A stretch of 64,000 bases of DNA from Mobula hypostoma (Eukaryota). Under the pieces are notes generated by a model. The model did not search any database. It had not been told where the DNA came from and was given only the letters and a program-made list of their open reading frames with translations. Below, in pieces: positions 26,831 through 39,959 of the stretch (position 1 is the stretch's first letter; each line of letters opens with the position of its first letter). Location of the stretch: contig NC_086097.1 of NCBI RefSeq assembly GCF_963921235.1, positions 78,680,001 to 78,744,000 of the forward strand. Direction: 5' to 3'. The position numbers and the translations under genes are program-made.

Positions 26831-28273
26831 CATTTGTGCCTATCCACCGCCTATTCTTGAAGTGTTGGGTATGCTGGGTTTAAACTGGAGTTTGAGACTG
26901 GTATATGTATTGCCAAAGTAAAAGTATATGTAAGCAATCAATGGACATTATTGGAGCTTGGTAGGAGGTGAAAGACAAAGAAGTCAGGGTGGGAGTAACA
27001 ACGTGAATTAAAGTGACATGAAACTGGAAGCTCAGAGGGTGTCCTTGTGAATTGACCAGTGATGTACAGCAAAGTGGTAAATTGTGATACACAAAAATAC
27101 TTCTACAAATAAACTTGATGTTGCCATAAGGCCAGATCATCTTTGTAATGCCTTTATGATCTTTATTAAATGAGTAAGCTACCTCAAAGCTCAATTTTAA
27201 TGGTGAGTCTCCATTGCATTTCTTGCTTTTCAAAAACAAATCATAAAATATAACTGTTAAGAAATTACACAATGGGGAATGCATAAAAATTGCAAACTGC
27301 TGGCTTTACAAAAAAGTACAATTCAAGCAATGCAAAGCCATTGGTAAAATTCTAACTTAGGAGTGGGATTCCACAATACAATGTTATAAAAGACACCTGT
27401 TGTACTCTTAAATTCCTGCTTCAATCAAGAAATCAAACTTAAAGAACAACATTAATTTGGTGATTTAGGTTACATTGATCAGAATCTGTAGATTATTTGA
27501 TTGCAATTAGCCTGTATGACTTAAAGGGAGAGTAAGTCCCACTTTATTGCCCCACCTGGTCACCTCCTTTTCCTCTGGGGCCACTGTTGAAGCATCCAGA
27601 TGTGTTCAACCTAGCAGATATCATAGGTAACAGTGGAGAAGCCACATGACAGTGCTCCTTTGTAGATCCCACTTTACCTTCTGGTAAGTGACATTGATAC
27701 CATTACTCATGTACAGGACAAGGACCGAGGCATCCAGAAAGCAAACAGCAGCCAGCTGCAGCACCTTCCAGCTGACTCGCAGTAAAAAGTACTGATTACT
27801 TCATCCCAAGTTTCCTGTTACAGTTTTCTCCATCTTGTCAGATTCAGATGTAAAAGCTTGTAGTTCATCATTGTGTGTCAGCTAAATTCACAAATCAATT
27901 ATTTTCCCATCAAATACCGCTTCAATATGAAAGAGTAAGCAAACGTGGTTCATCCTTGCATGAGGATAAAATAGTTGTGGTTACCCCATTAAAACCAGTT
28001 ACAGAGAGGATCTAGTAAATATTCCTCAAAATGTGACCTAAATCTACTTGGGATTAAAATTAGAATTGAGCTTTAAATATATGGAAATAACAAAGAGCTA
28101 CCAATGAAAGTGACCTCATAGCTATCAGATTTGTGTAAAGTCCCAAATCATTAACTAATGTCCTTGATAAAACAAGACTTGGTCCTCCTTGTTCGGGTTT
28201 GTATGGCACTCCAGTAGTTGTTTTAATTGCCCACTGATATGGTTGAGCTGTCTCAAATCAAACCACAAATTAA

Positions 28274-28960
28274 GGAGAAGGAGAAGATGGCGGCGCGACA
28301 CAGCGCGCTCGGCCTCTTCGGTGAATGAGATCTGTAATCTGTCAAGTAGGGTACCATGCACAATTCTAGTATGATGGAGACAGACGTGAGAGTATGGAGG
28401 AACATCTGGAGAAACTTCTGAAATGCCCGCTTCGCTGCCATGGCTACTGTGTGATCCGGAATCTCCGGAGCAGAAGGCCCCGAATCCTCGGCTTTGCTTG
28501 TTTCAGCAGCTGGGGCAAGGTCGAAGGCGCTCGGCAGAGGATGGTGCTCGCGAAGCTGTATTGGAGGGGCTGGTCGGAGGCTCGAAGTTTTCGGATGGAC
28601 GAACTCAGTGTCGGCTGTGGTCAGATTCTTCCAATGCATCGGCAGCTGTCGGTGCCGGGAGGTTTATGGCAGGGAGCTTCTCTCTTTTGCCGCCTGCTAT
28701 TGGGGACTCAGGAGTCAATCGGAACTTGAGACTTTCTTTTACCGTGCCCATGGTCTGTTCTTTATCAAATTATGGTATTACTATGTAAATTATGCTGTAA
28801 CTATACAGGTATGTTATAATTATGTGGTTCTGTCAGTGTTAGTCTTTGGTTTGTCCTGTTTTTTTGTGATATCAGTCTGGAGGAACATTATATCATTTCT
28901 TAATGCATGTATGCATTTCTAAATGACAATAAACGAGAACTGAGTGTTCTCATAATCTAA
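28274..28960 (+). mobile_element. Non-autonomous non-LTR element (unnamed family), copy 1
   Basis: Colinear with 59859-60530; purine-rich head with AAGATGGCGG, AATAAA, 3' hairpin and TAATC tail. Confidence 0.8.
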
Positions 28961-28964
28961 AATG

Positions 28965-29368
28965 ATCAGGACCCCAAATCTTCCAGGTGAGACAACGCTT
29001 CACCTGCAAATCTGTTGGGGTTATTTACTATACCTGCTGCTCTTGGTGCTGCCTCCTCTGCATCAGTGATACTGAACATAGAATGGGGGATCACTTCGTC
29101 AAGCAACTTTGCTCCATACACCACAAAAGGCAGGAATACCTGATGGGAAATATACTTCGCATTCCCATTCCAACATGTGTGTCCTTGGCCTCCTTTACTA
29201 TCACAATGAGGCCCTGCTCAGATTGGAGGAACAACACCTCATATGTCATCAAGTAACCTCCAACCTGATGACATGAACATCAATTTCTCTAAATTCCAGT
29301 AATTCCCCACCCTCCCTTTCCCTCTTTTTCCATTCCCCATTCTGGTTCCTCTTTCAGCCCTTCTCTTC
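28965..29368 (+). mobile_element. Penelope GIY-YIG/3' fragment
   Basis: RQRFTCKSVGVIYYTCC matches the Penelope C-terminus encoded at 13341-13690. Confidence 0.8.
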
Positions 29369-29369
29369 T

Positions 29370-32300
29370 CAATGTCAGTGGTTCTGAATTATGTACATTT
29401 CTCCCAATTCCATCACCTAGCACGGGTCCCCACCGCCCCCAGAATTCACTATAACAGGCATTGTGAGACTGTCTGGCGCTCGGACAAGCTACCCGGTTTG
29501 GTTCTTGTGTTCCATGGGTGGAGGAACAGCAGGTGCTTATGGCTCATCCAAAGGTCCGTTGACATTATGTGAAACCAGGGGCATGGCAGTGGAGTACTCC
29601 AAATCTTAGAAACATAGAAACATAGAAAACCTACAGCACAATACAGGCCCTTTGGCTCACAAAGCTGTGCCAAACATATCCTTACCTTAGAACCACCTAG
29701 TCTCACCCATAGCCCTCTATTTTTCTAAGCTTCATGTATCCATCCATAAGTCTCTTAAAAGACCCTATCGTTTCTGCCTCCACTGCCACCGGCAGCCCAT
29801 TTCACGCACTCACCACTCTCTGCGTTAAAAAAAACTTACCCCTGACATCTCCTCTGTACCTGCTTCCAAGCACCTTAAAACTATGCTCTCTTGTGCTAGC
29901 CATTTCAGCCCTGGGAAAAAGCCTCTGACTACGCACAAGATCAATGCCTCTCATTACCTTGTACACCTCTATCAGGTCACCTCTCATCATCTTGGTGGGA
30001 TGATTTAAAGTGATCTATTTATATATGTTCAGGATTACCCCTCTTATCTATGATAAAAGTATTTTCTCCACATTCCAAAACATGGAACAGGCCATTGTAA
30101 GGGGGCCTAAGGGGATGTTGGTGTGCGTCATGGCAGATGAAAACAAACGAGGTGGAATGTAAGTCAACCAGAATCCCAAGAGTGCTGTCTGCCATGATGG
30201 GAGGTAAAAATAGATGAAAAGGATCTGAATTTACTGAGGATGGTGTGTTGCATGAATGAGGTCACTGGAGAAAAGTACTGGGAGATACGAAACAGCTTCC
30301 TTTTTCCGCAAGACAAGGTACAGCAGGCATCATAGAGTGGCACTTTCGGTCAATAGGTCTGGCTGGCCTAACGTGGGGCTCGATATTTTATGTGCCAAAC
30401 ATCAAAGAACAATTCTAGATTTACAACGTATGGACAATGCTTTCTTTGAAACTATGTACAACCTTCACACCTCCTGATTCACATCTACACCACAGACATC
30501 CAAATGAATTTTAATCAGTATTGCCTGGTCTGGGATTCACAGCTTTTAGGAACCCATTGTTCAGAGCTCCAGATTAAATCCACAATTCATTTTCAGCCAA
30601 AGTCAATTGCTAAATGTATGTGACCTAAACCCAAAAATTGCTCTAATAATTTGGAGCACTGTTGAGAGGCCAACTAGGTGGTCGTGGCATCAGGAAGGAA
30701 ATCCGTGGCACTCATAATGAGTGCCCGTGTACCAACTCTGCCACGGACAACTGCAGGTACTCCTTTGGAGCAGTTCTAAGCTCTAGGAGGACCCACGGGA
30801 GCCAATCATGCCAAAACTCATCGGTCAGGGAAGCCCTCAGAGCAGCCTTCAAGAAGCAGTGAAGCTGTTTGCGTAGACCATTGGACTGCAAGTGATGCAC
30901 TGTGGTGTGATGTAGCCTAATTCCAAGGTTCTGGGCCATCACAGCCCAGAGGTCTGAAATGAATTGGGGACCGCGGTCAGAAGAAATATCAGATGGGGTG
31001 CCAAACCAAGCAACCCAAGTACTGATGAATGCCTGAGCCACGACTGCAGCCATCGTCAGTGCTGGAGGGACGACCTCTAGCCACCTGGTGGTACGATCCA
31101 CCATGGTAAGAAGGTGCATGGAACTGCAGGGGAGGGGGGAAGAGGACCAACAAGGTACACATTGACAAACCATCGCGCAGGGACCTCTAACTGAACATGG
31201 TGGTTAATTTTTCTCTTTTGGCACCCCACACAAGCTGCAGTCCAATCACGCTGTGCCAAACAAGCTTTTAGTGCAACCATTTCCTGCGAGGCCTTCCAGC
31301 CTGGATGCAACAGTCCATCTGCAATTTGCGGGCATGGCGGGGTGAGGGCGACCAGTTGAGACATCACAATTGGAGACAAACCTCAGCTTCCCTGAACTTA
31401 ATATCAGCCAACTGCAGGCCTGTGACTGCTGTTTGGTAAGTCTGGACCCCTGGGTCAGTAACTTGGTCGGCTGCCATGCCAGCATAGTCAGACCCTATGT
31501 GCACAGCCTCAAAGGCTGGCCATGAGAGGCAATCATCCATGGCATTATTTTCTCCTTGACACATCGTCTATCAGTTGTGAACTTGGATATGTAGGCCAGG
31601 TGGCATTGCTGCCATGCAGACCAAGGGTCAGATGTTTTGGCCATCGCATCACCAGGAGTTTGTGATCAACTAACGCTGTGAATGGGGTTGGTAATAACAA
31701 CATGGGCAGCAACCACCATTGGATTTAGAGACCAGTATGGAGGGGTGAAGCCCAGAGCTATTCGACCAGCGTACAATGCCAAGTCTTGCCATCAAAGGGT
31801 GATGCTGGCAGCACACTCACTTGAGCACCCTTGTCACACCGGAAGTGCCACCTCAAAATGGTCTCCATAATGAACAGTAGATGACCCTGGCAGCTGTAAT
31901 CCACACTGTTCGCAGACGTCCGATGTCTCTGTGCACTGGCACTGTCAAAGCTGCAAGGCAATCAGCACTTCCAAAACGACTGTGGTAAAAACACAGGCCC
32001 GGCTTCATCTGTTTCGCAGCTGCAGCTGTACTTATGTTGGGAGCCTTGCTAACTGGGTTTATAGAGGTAAAGAAAGGAGAAGGAATGATGCATCTCTGCC
32101 CAACTAAGTGTAGACTATCAGCCATTTTAGCAAGCTTCCTATCGTCCTTCATGGGTGCATAATTGAGGGCTACGTGAACTTGATCAGGCATTTGCTGCAT
32201 TGAGAGCTCTTTGAAACCAGAACAAGGATGGTGATTTCCCAGGAGAGACAGCATGTGGTCCTTTTGCTCCAAAGGCTTACCATTGCCAAGGACAGCAACT

Positions 32301-32796
32301 GTTTGGCACGCTCAGATTCCAATAGTCCAAAAGACTGTAGAAGGTGAATTTTTAGTGATCGGTTTTTATCATGGTCAGCCAAGTGTTCAAGCAGACTCAC
32401 CACTCTCACAGCTGTGGAATTGCTGAGTGACACAACCACATAGTAGGATTTGGTGTCATTGGCAATGATTTCTCACAGAGCAAATTAGGCCTCAGCTTGT
32501 ACAAGCCAAGCAACAAAATTTCCCTCCCCAAGCTACAGAAGTTTCAAAGCAACTGGATTGACCTAGAGCATCAGGGTCACCACTGTAAGGTTTTCACAAA
32601 TAAAGTGAAGTGAGACGTTTTAAGGTTAATAAAACCTGTAGCATATTTTATTGAATTCAAAACCTGAACACAAAAGCCTGCTCAAAATCCTTACGTAATA
32701 ATGTCATCATGACAGACCAGCCTCTTAAAGTGAATCCCCAACTCAATGTCAGTGGTTGTGAATTATGTAAATTTCTCCCAATTACATTACCCTACA
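29370..32796 (-). mobile_element. Decayed Ty3/Gypsy element, CsRN1-like clade (RT deleted)
   Basis: 5' LTR 32584-32796; partial 3' LTR 29370-29420; PBS TGGTGACCCTGATG (32569-32582) resembling the tRNA-Trp complement; Gag CFYHSRFG..C..PC; protease CDKGAQVSVLP; integrase LTMVDRTTRW, ISSDRGPQF, HHTTVHHLQSNG. Confidence 0.85.
29606..29990 (-). mobile_element. Young CR1 3' end nested in the Gypsy
   Basis: RGDLIEVYKVMRGID...FFLTQRVV; octamer tail (TTTCTATG)n at 29606-29630. Confidence 0.9.
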
Positions 32797-33389
32797 CTAT
32801 CACTGTTTAGCATCGCATCATGTGACAACTTCAGCAAAGCCATCATGTCACACCCATCAAAGCTAGTTACTGATTTCAGCTTAAAGATTGTAACCAAAGA
32901 GCCCTAGGATTCAAGGGTGACACATATGTCCATAATGCCTTAAACAGCATAGGGATTGGCTTGAACCAAGTCAGTACTGATCGAGGGATCTTGCCAGAGG
33001 ACCCAAGACCATTTACAAAGCTTGAGTGGGAATAAGTCAAAGAATATTAAAACATCAAAAAGCTCATCCCTTGATTGTGTATGGCATATATACCTGAAAA
33101 ACACATACAAACTTTCAACTCGTCTATATCTGGTATCAAAGGTGAGAGGTTACAACAGTCTCACATGACTGGCTTTTTTTCTATTCTTTAGAGAGTACCA
33201 GAGAGAGAGATCTTCACAAATATGAAGAAATTAAAGTTAGAAATACATCTGCTTTTGAGGATTCAGTGAGTACAGGTTATAAATTGTAGTTAGTGACTAA
33301 CAAATCATTCAGAACAAAGAATTCAGGAGAAGTTTCTAAAAAAATTGGAACTTGCTTCTAGAGTTAAAAATACACGTGGACTAAGATGT

Positions 33390-34060
33390 TAACTGTCCTG
33401 TGCTATTACTGGTGGGATCATCAGTTGATCTGCCAACTGTCCTCAGGAGTTTCGGCCCACTTATGATCAAGACTCCCTCAAGGTGGTGGGCCAGCAGTGC
33501 TAAAGCACCACCTCCCACTGGTGAGCTTAAAAACTTGGCATCTGCCTCTATCAGAGTTGTCGGTCACTTCCATCCAACAGATAGTCTACTCTTCAGGTGT
33601 CTATGCAACTACTGAAGGGTTTGTAAGATATGTATACACTGTCTGACAATCTGTCCCTCTGGACATACTTGGTCCACACCCCTGCTGATCCTTTCTCTGC
33701 TGCCTCAGCTACAGCCCTGCTGGTTGACTTGATCTCTCTTCTAGTGAAGCCAAGGTCACTCAGCCACTTCTGGAGAGTGAATGCAATGAACCCACGGCAG
33801 CCTACTTTGAATGGATAGCATGAGACCTTCCACCCTCTGTCTCTGCACTCTGATCTTAATTCTGCATACTTATTAACTTGCGCTCATGGGCTTCATCGAT
33901 GTTGTCTTCCCAGGGGACTGTGAGTTCACCAAGAACCACTTCTCTACTGGTGTCAGACCATATAATTATATCTGGACGCAATGTGGTGAAAGCTTTTTGC
34001 TCCGGGAAACTGCCTTTCCCATCCAGGTCGGCCTTGACACACCAGTCATTGGCTGAAGAA
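33390..34060 (-). mobile_element. HERO/NeSL-like restriction-like-endonuclease non-LTR retrotransposon, 3' end
   Basis: LRPDIIIWSDTSREVVLGELTVPWEDNIDEAHERK, continuing after a frameshift into VGCRGF...AEAAEKGS..VW. Confidence 0.8.
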
Positions 34061-34699
34061 AATATATGTATTAAGGTGGTTATCACAGATACCTAAGATA
34101 AATCTAGAAAAGAGTACATGGAAGAACAGAATAGGGAATTATGTTGAAAGTGTTTGATTAAATTAATTGGCAAGAAGCTAATATGGGGCACTAATGTTAA
34201 CATAAAAATGCTGGGCCATGCTATATGATGTGCACATAACCATGTAACACAATTTACTTAATTGTTTTGGATTGTGGATACTTATATTGATCACTTTGTG
34301 TGAACTCTGAAGTAAATATGCAGGATTAAGATTATTATTTTCATAAAATATGCTTTATTCAGATAATATAGACTGTTGGTTTATCTTGTGCCAGTTATAA
34401 TAAATTGTTTCAGAAACCTGCCATATTGCATGAAGGTAAATGCCATGGATTCCAGGCTGCAGCATGTAGACAGCACTGAATGCAATCTCACAAAAACAGC
34501 TACACTAAGAGGGCATCTCACCTCTCCACTCTCAGTGCTGTTGCTTTGTTTCTACTCGAAACGTCAACAATTCCTTTCCTCCCATAGACGCTGCTCGAGC
34601 TGCTAAACTTCAGCACAATGTTGTTCCCAGATCGTGGCACCTGCAATCTCTTGCGTCTCACAGAAAATAATGGCTATAAGGATTGAACAGTTGATTTGA

Positions 34700-35492
34700 A
34701 ATTTTGATATGACATTCAATGCCAGTAAGACGAAAGACCTGATTGTGGACTTCAGGAAGGGTAAGACGAAGGAACGGATACCAATCCTCATAGAGGGAGA
34801 GAGTGAGCAGCTTCCACTTCCTGGGTGTCAAGATCTCCTGATCCCAACATATCGATATAGTTATAAAGAAGGCAAGTCAGCGGCTATATTTCATTAGGAG
34901 TTCGAAGAGATTTAGCATGTCAACAAATACACTCAAAAACTTCTATAGTTGTACCATGGAGAGCATTTTGACAGGTTGCGTCACTGTCTGGTATGGAGGG
35001 GCTACTGCACAGGACCAAAAATAAGCTGCAGAAGGTTGTAAATCTAGTCAGCTCCATCTTGGGTACTAGCCTACAAAGTACCCAGGATATCTTTAGGGAG
35101 TGATGTCTCAGAAAGGCAGCGTCCATTATTAAGGACCTCCAGCACCCAGGGCATGCCCTTTTCCCACTGTTGCCATCAGGTAGGAGGTACAGAAGCCTGA
35201 AGGCACACACTCAGTGACTCAGGAACAGCTTCTTCCCCTCTGCCATCCGATTCCTAAATGGACATTGAATCCTTGAACACTACCTCACTTTTTTTTGATG
35301 TTCAGTATTTCTGTTTCTGCATGTTTTTTTAAAATCTATTCAATATACGTAATTGATTTACTTGTTTATTTAGTATTATTGTTCTATTTTATTTATTTTT
35401 TTTTCTCTCTGTAGATTATGAATTGCATTGAACTGCTGCTGCTAAGTTAACAAACTTCACATGACATGCCAGTGATAATAAACCTGATTCCG
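34700..35492 (+). mobile_element. Rex1/Babar-type LINE 3' end
   Basis: FNASKTKDLIVDFRK; near-colinear with 40420-40800 plus 49573-49965; tail aataaacctgattc. Confidence 0.88.
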
Positions 35493-36161
35493 ATATGCAT
35501 TGTATTAAAATTTATGCATTCTGAACACAGAAGTATATCAAATTTATTCCCAGAAATTGCTTTTTAGAATTATATCTACTTCAACCAATCCTGATGTGCA
35601 TTCTGAATCAGACTGGTGCACTTAATCAATACCCATACTTCTTCCTTTCAAGTGTTTACAGTATCTAATTCCCTCTGAGGAGTACTGATTGAGACAGCTT
35701 CAATCATCACTAGTATAAATAATATTTGTTATAATGACCCTTAATTTTATGTTTACTTCTAACCTCAACCTCCTATTTCAAGGATTAATATGAAATTCCC
35801 AGTTTTTTCTTACCGATTCACTCAGTGGAAAAAATCTCTCAATTCTTAACACTTCCACTTTTTGTTTAACTTTCACTGCTCCAAAATCTTCCAACTAAAT
35901 CCTCACAACCCAGTATCATCTCACTAAACCACTTTGAAACTTTGCTACAACTGGAATAGTTTATCCAGCAGAGTCCCAAGCTATAAACTCCAGCTGTAAC
36001 CTCAAGACAAATTAATGTTTCTACTGGAATACAATGAACAAGCGTATTTCGTAGCTTTTGCTTCTCACAATTCAAACACTGCAAGGTGTATACGCAACAT
36101 GGAGACTAAATTGCAGAGCCCTTAACAATAGCTGTGGCAATCACATTGTGTAAATAACCCA

Positions 36162-36341
36162 ATTACGAATTGATAATGCTGTATTTGAGTTGGTTGTGAT
36201 TATGTTTACCATTTGTATGATTAGCTGCCATTAAAATAACCTCATATTGTTTGGTTGAATAGGTTCTTGTTCCATGATCTAAAAAATGAATACTAGTCAT
36301 TATCTTTTCATTTTGGCCAGTTGCTAACCCCTCTTGAATGT
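36162..36341 (+). repeat. Inverted duplicate, left arm (partner 51343-51518)
   Basis: By eye, the reverse complement of 51343-51518 except for two 2-bp indels. Confidence 0.92.
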
Positions 36342-38420
36342 CCATCAAGCACTTCTCATGTGTTAACCCTTTCATTCCCAGGATCATTCTCGTAAACCTC
36401 CTCTGGAACTTCTCTAATGACAGCACCTCATTTCTTAGAAGAGGGGCCAAAAAGTGCTCACAATACTTCCAATCTGATCGATGCCTTATAAAGCCTCAGA
36501 ATTATATCCTTGTCTTTAAATTCTAGTCCTCTCAAAATGACTGCAAACATTGCATTTGCCTTCCTTACTACTGACTCAACCAGCAAGCTAACCTTTAGGG
36601 AGATCAGCACTATGATTTTGCACTTCCGATTTCTGAATTCACCCCCCCACCATTTAGAAAATAGTCTACACATTTATTCCTTCTACCAAAGTGTGTGGCT
36701 ATATATTCCCTACACTATTCCAATTGACATTTCTTTGCCCATTCTCCTAATAAGTCCAAGTTCTTCTGCAGATTCTCTGCTTCTTCTACACTACCTGGTC
36801 CTCCAACTATCTTGGTATTGTCCACAAAGGTAGTCACAAACCTATTAACTCTGTCATCCAATTCATTGACATATAACATTAAAAGAAGCAGTCCCTACAC
36901 CAAACCCTGTGGAACTCCACTAGCTACTGACAACCAACCAGAAAATGCTCCCTTTATTCCTATCCTTTGCGCCCTGCCAGTCAACCAGTCTTCTGTCCTG
37001 TAATACAAGGATCTCTTATCTTGTTTAACAGACTCATGTGCAGCACCTTGTCAAAGGCCTTCTGAAAATTCAAGTGAACAACGAATGACTCTCCTTTGTC
37101 TAATCTGCTTGCTATTTCCTCAAAGAATTCCAATAGATCTGTCAGACAAGATTTCCTCTGAAGGAAACCATGTTGGCTTCAGCCTATTTCATCATGTGCC
37201 TCCATGTACCCTGAAACCGTACCCTTGGTAATGGATTCCAACATCTTGTCAACCACTGAAGTCAGGCTAACTGGCCTATAATTTCTGGTCTTTTGCCTCT
37301 CTTCCTTCTTAAAGAGTAGAGTGTCATTTGCAAATTTCCACTCCTCCAGGACCATCCCAGAATCTTAAAAAAATCTTTGATTTGTGAAAAATCACTATTA
37401 ATGTCTCCACAATCTCTTCAGTTACCTCTTTCAAAACTCTGGAGTGTAGTCCCTCTGGTCCACATGACAACTACCTTCAGACATCTCAGCTTCCCAAGCT
37501 CCTCCTTAGTAATAGTAAATGTACTCACCTCTGCCCCTCTGACACATTTAAATAACTGCCATGTTGCTGGTGTCTTTCACAGTGAAGACTGACATAAAAA
37601 TAATTATGGAGTTCATCTGCTATTTATATGTTCCCCATTACTGCCTCTCCAGCATTATTTTCCAGCAGACTGATATCCATTCCTGCCTCTCTTTTACTCT
37701 TTATATATCTGAAAAAAATTTTGGTTTCTCCTTTTACATTATTGGCTAGCTTACTTTCATATTTCATCTTTTCTATTATGGTTTTAGCTGCTTTCTATTG
37801 GTCTTTTAAAGTTTCCTAATCCTCTAACTTCCCATTCTTTTTTGCTAAATTGTATGTCTTCTCTTTCGCTTTTATTCTGTCCTCGACTTTCCTTGTCATC
37901 CTCACTTTAGAATGGTTCTCTTCTTTGGGATGATACAATCCCATACCTTCCAGGTTGCTTCCAGAAACTCCAATCAACACCGCTCTGTCATCATTCCTGC
38001 TAGTATCCCCTTCCAATCAACTTCAGCCAGTTCATCAGTCATGCCTCTGTAGTTCCCTTTACTTCATTGTAAGACTAATGTATCTCATTTTATCTTCCCC
38101 CCCCCCCAAACTGTAGGGTGAATTCTAACATTATGATCACTACCTCCTAAATGTTCCTTTACCATAAGCTCCCTAATTAAATCTGGTTCATTGTGCAATA
38201 CCCAATCCAGAATTGCCTTTTCCCTAATGGGCTCAGCCACAAACTGCTCTAAAAAGTCACCTTGTAAGCATTCTATAAATTCCTTCTCTTAGGATCCTGC
38301 ACCGAACTGATTTTCCCAATCTACCTCCATATTGAAATCCTCCATAACTATCATAATATTGCCCTTTTACAAGCTTTTTCTATTTACCATTGTCATTTGT
38401 ACCTCATCCTGGCTACTGTT
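36342..38420 (-). mobile_element. CR1 LINE ORF2 fragment
   Basis: LEKFQRRFTRMI, RKANAM..I.RGLEFK, ttcagaaggcctttgacaaggtg (FQKAFDKV), GDFNM endonuclease remnant. Confidence 0.85.
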
Positions 38421-39959
38421 CAATGATCCAAATGGCACAACACTCCTCTCAAATTCTCCTTTCACTTTCAGGGCAACATGGTGCACCTACAGAGCCAAAA
38501 TATAGAAACCACAGAATTGATAGGATCATGATATGAGAATATTTCACCTAGTGAAAATATGTAGAACAGGAAGCAAGGCCTCAGAATTAGGAGTGCCAAC
38601 CAAAGCCAAAGGTGGGAATTCTCTACTTCAAAAGCTGTGGGGATAGAGTTATTCAATATATTCAAGGAAGTATTTGAGAGACACTAAAATGGAAAAGGAG
38701 TCAAGGTTTATGTCAAGAGAACTGGAAAAAGTGTTGATGCCAAGATGGGATCAATCATGAATGACAGAATAGGCTGAAGGGGCTGAATGGCCTTTTCTTG
38801 CTATTTATGTTTTTAAGGATTGGGGGGGAATGCAGGAAAGAGGAGTTTGGCCAGGTTCAGCTCAGCCATGACATTATTGAATAGTTGATCAGGCATGAGG
38901 ACCCCCATGGTCATACATCGTGATTTTTATGATATTGCTATCCAATGAAGCTTTCATAAGTCTCCTCTATTTCTTCTCCTTCCACTTACCTGCCAATATA
39001 GCTCTGAGCTATGTTGGAGCTCTGTAGATATTCACTGTATGCCAACTGTTTTAGTTTCTTACCAATTAGCTCATTTAACAAAGAATAATAAATAAACTGC
39101 TACTAAACCTTGAAAAACTTATTTTAGAATAAGCTCCAGCAAGTCATTCTATGTCAAAATGGCAAATTCAAAACTGCTATTTCTTTTAAAAACTTGCAAA
39201 CATAAATTGGATTTGATAAAAACATCAAAAATGTTAATTTTGTAACCACATGATCCAAAGGGGCTACACCTCAGGCAGTTGAATCACTTGTATCTCATTA
39301 CAGATCATAAATGGAATAATATTGTCTAAGCAGGCTGACATTAATCTCCTGGTGAAAAGCAGCAGTAAAGCTGTTACCAGCTCTATAAATAAAGTCTTAT
39401 AATGTCAGCCAACTGTGGAAACCACTATACTGTCTTTGCCAGGGTGATAATGATAAACAGTTCATGACCAAGCAGATACTGCATGTAGTCAGGGGGTATC
39501 CACGTGTGCTCAGAGTTTGTGTAGATACCTGGACATGTGGGTATTTAACTTGTGCAGCTGAGCCTTGTCCTAAATCATCTTGGGTCTTCTTGGCATTGGA
39601 CCAAAACCTCACTTTCAAGACTACATGATAGTTGGTATGCAAACACTACCTCACATTGAAGGAATTCACACACAGGCATCTTACCCACCTAAGAACTGAA
39701 GTGGAAGCAAATCATCCTGGAACTGAAGAAGAAAAGTAAAATTTTATGCCATTAATTTGTGTCAATATAGATGAGTTCCTTTCTGGTGGATGCTGCATGT
39801 TCTGAAATGCTGTCATGGGAGTGGTTGTTCTACTCTTGACTCATTTAAGAACGCAGCTATAATCAAGGCTTCTGGCCAAGTGAAGCAAAGCAACAAGTTA
39901 GAGTTTTACTGGCTGTTTTATTAGTCTTTACCACATACTACAAGTTGTAGGGGTAGAAT

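Noticed and set aside
27480..27960. Unique, moderately GC-rich intronic stretch as a possible hidden exon
   Set aside because: The minus-strand frames I translated close quickly and give no recognisable protein; it may be regulatory, but there is no support.
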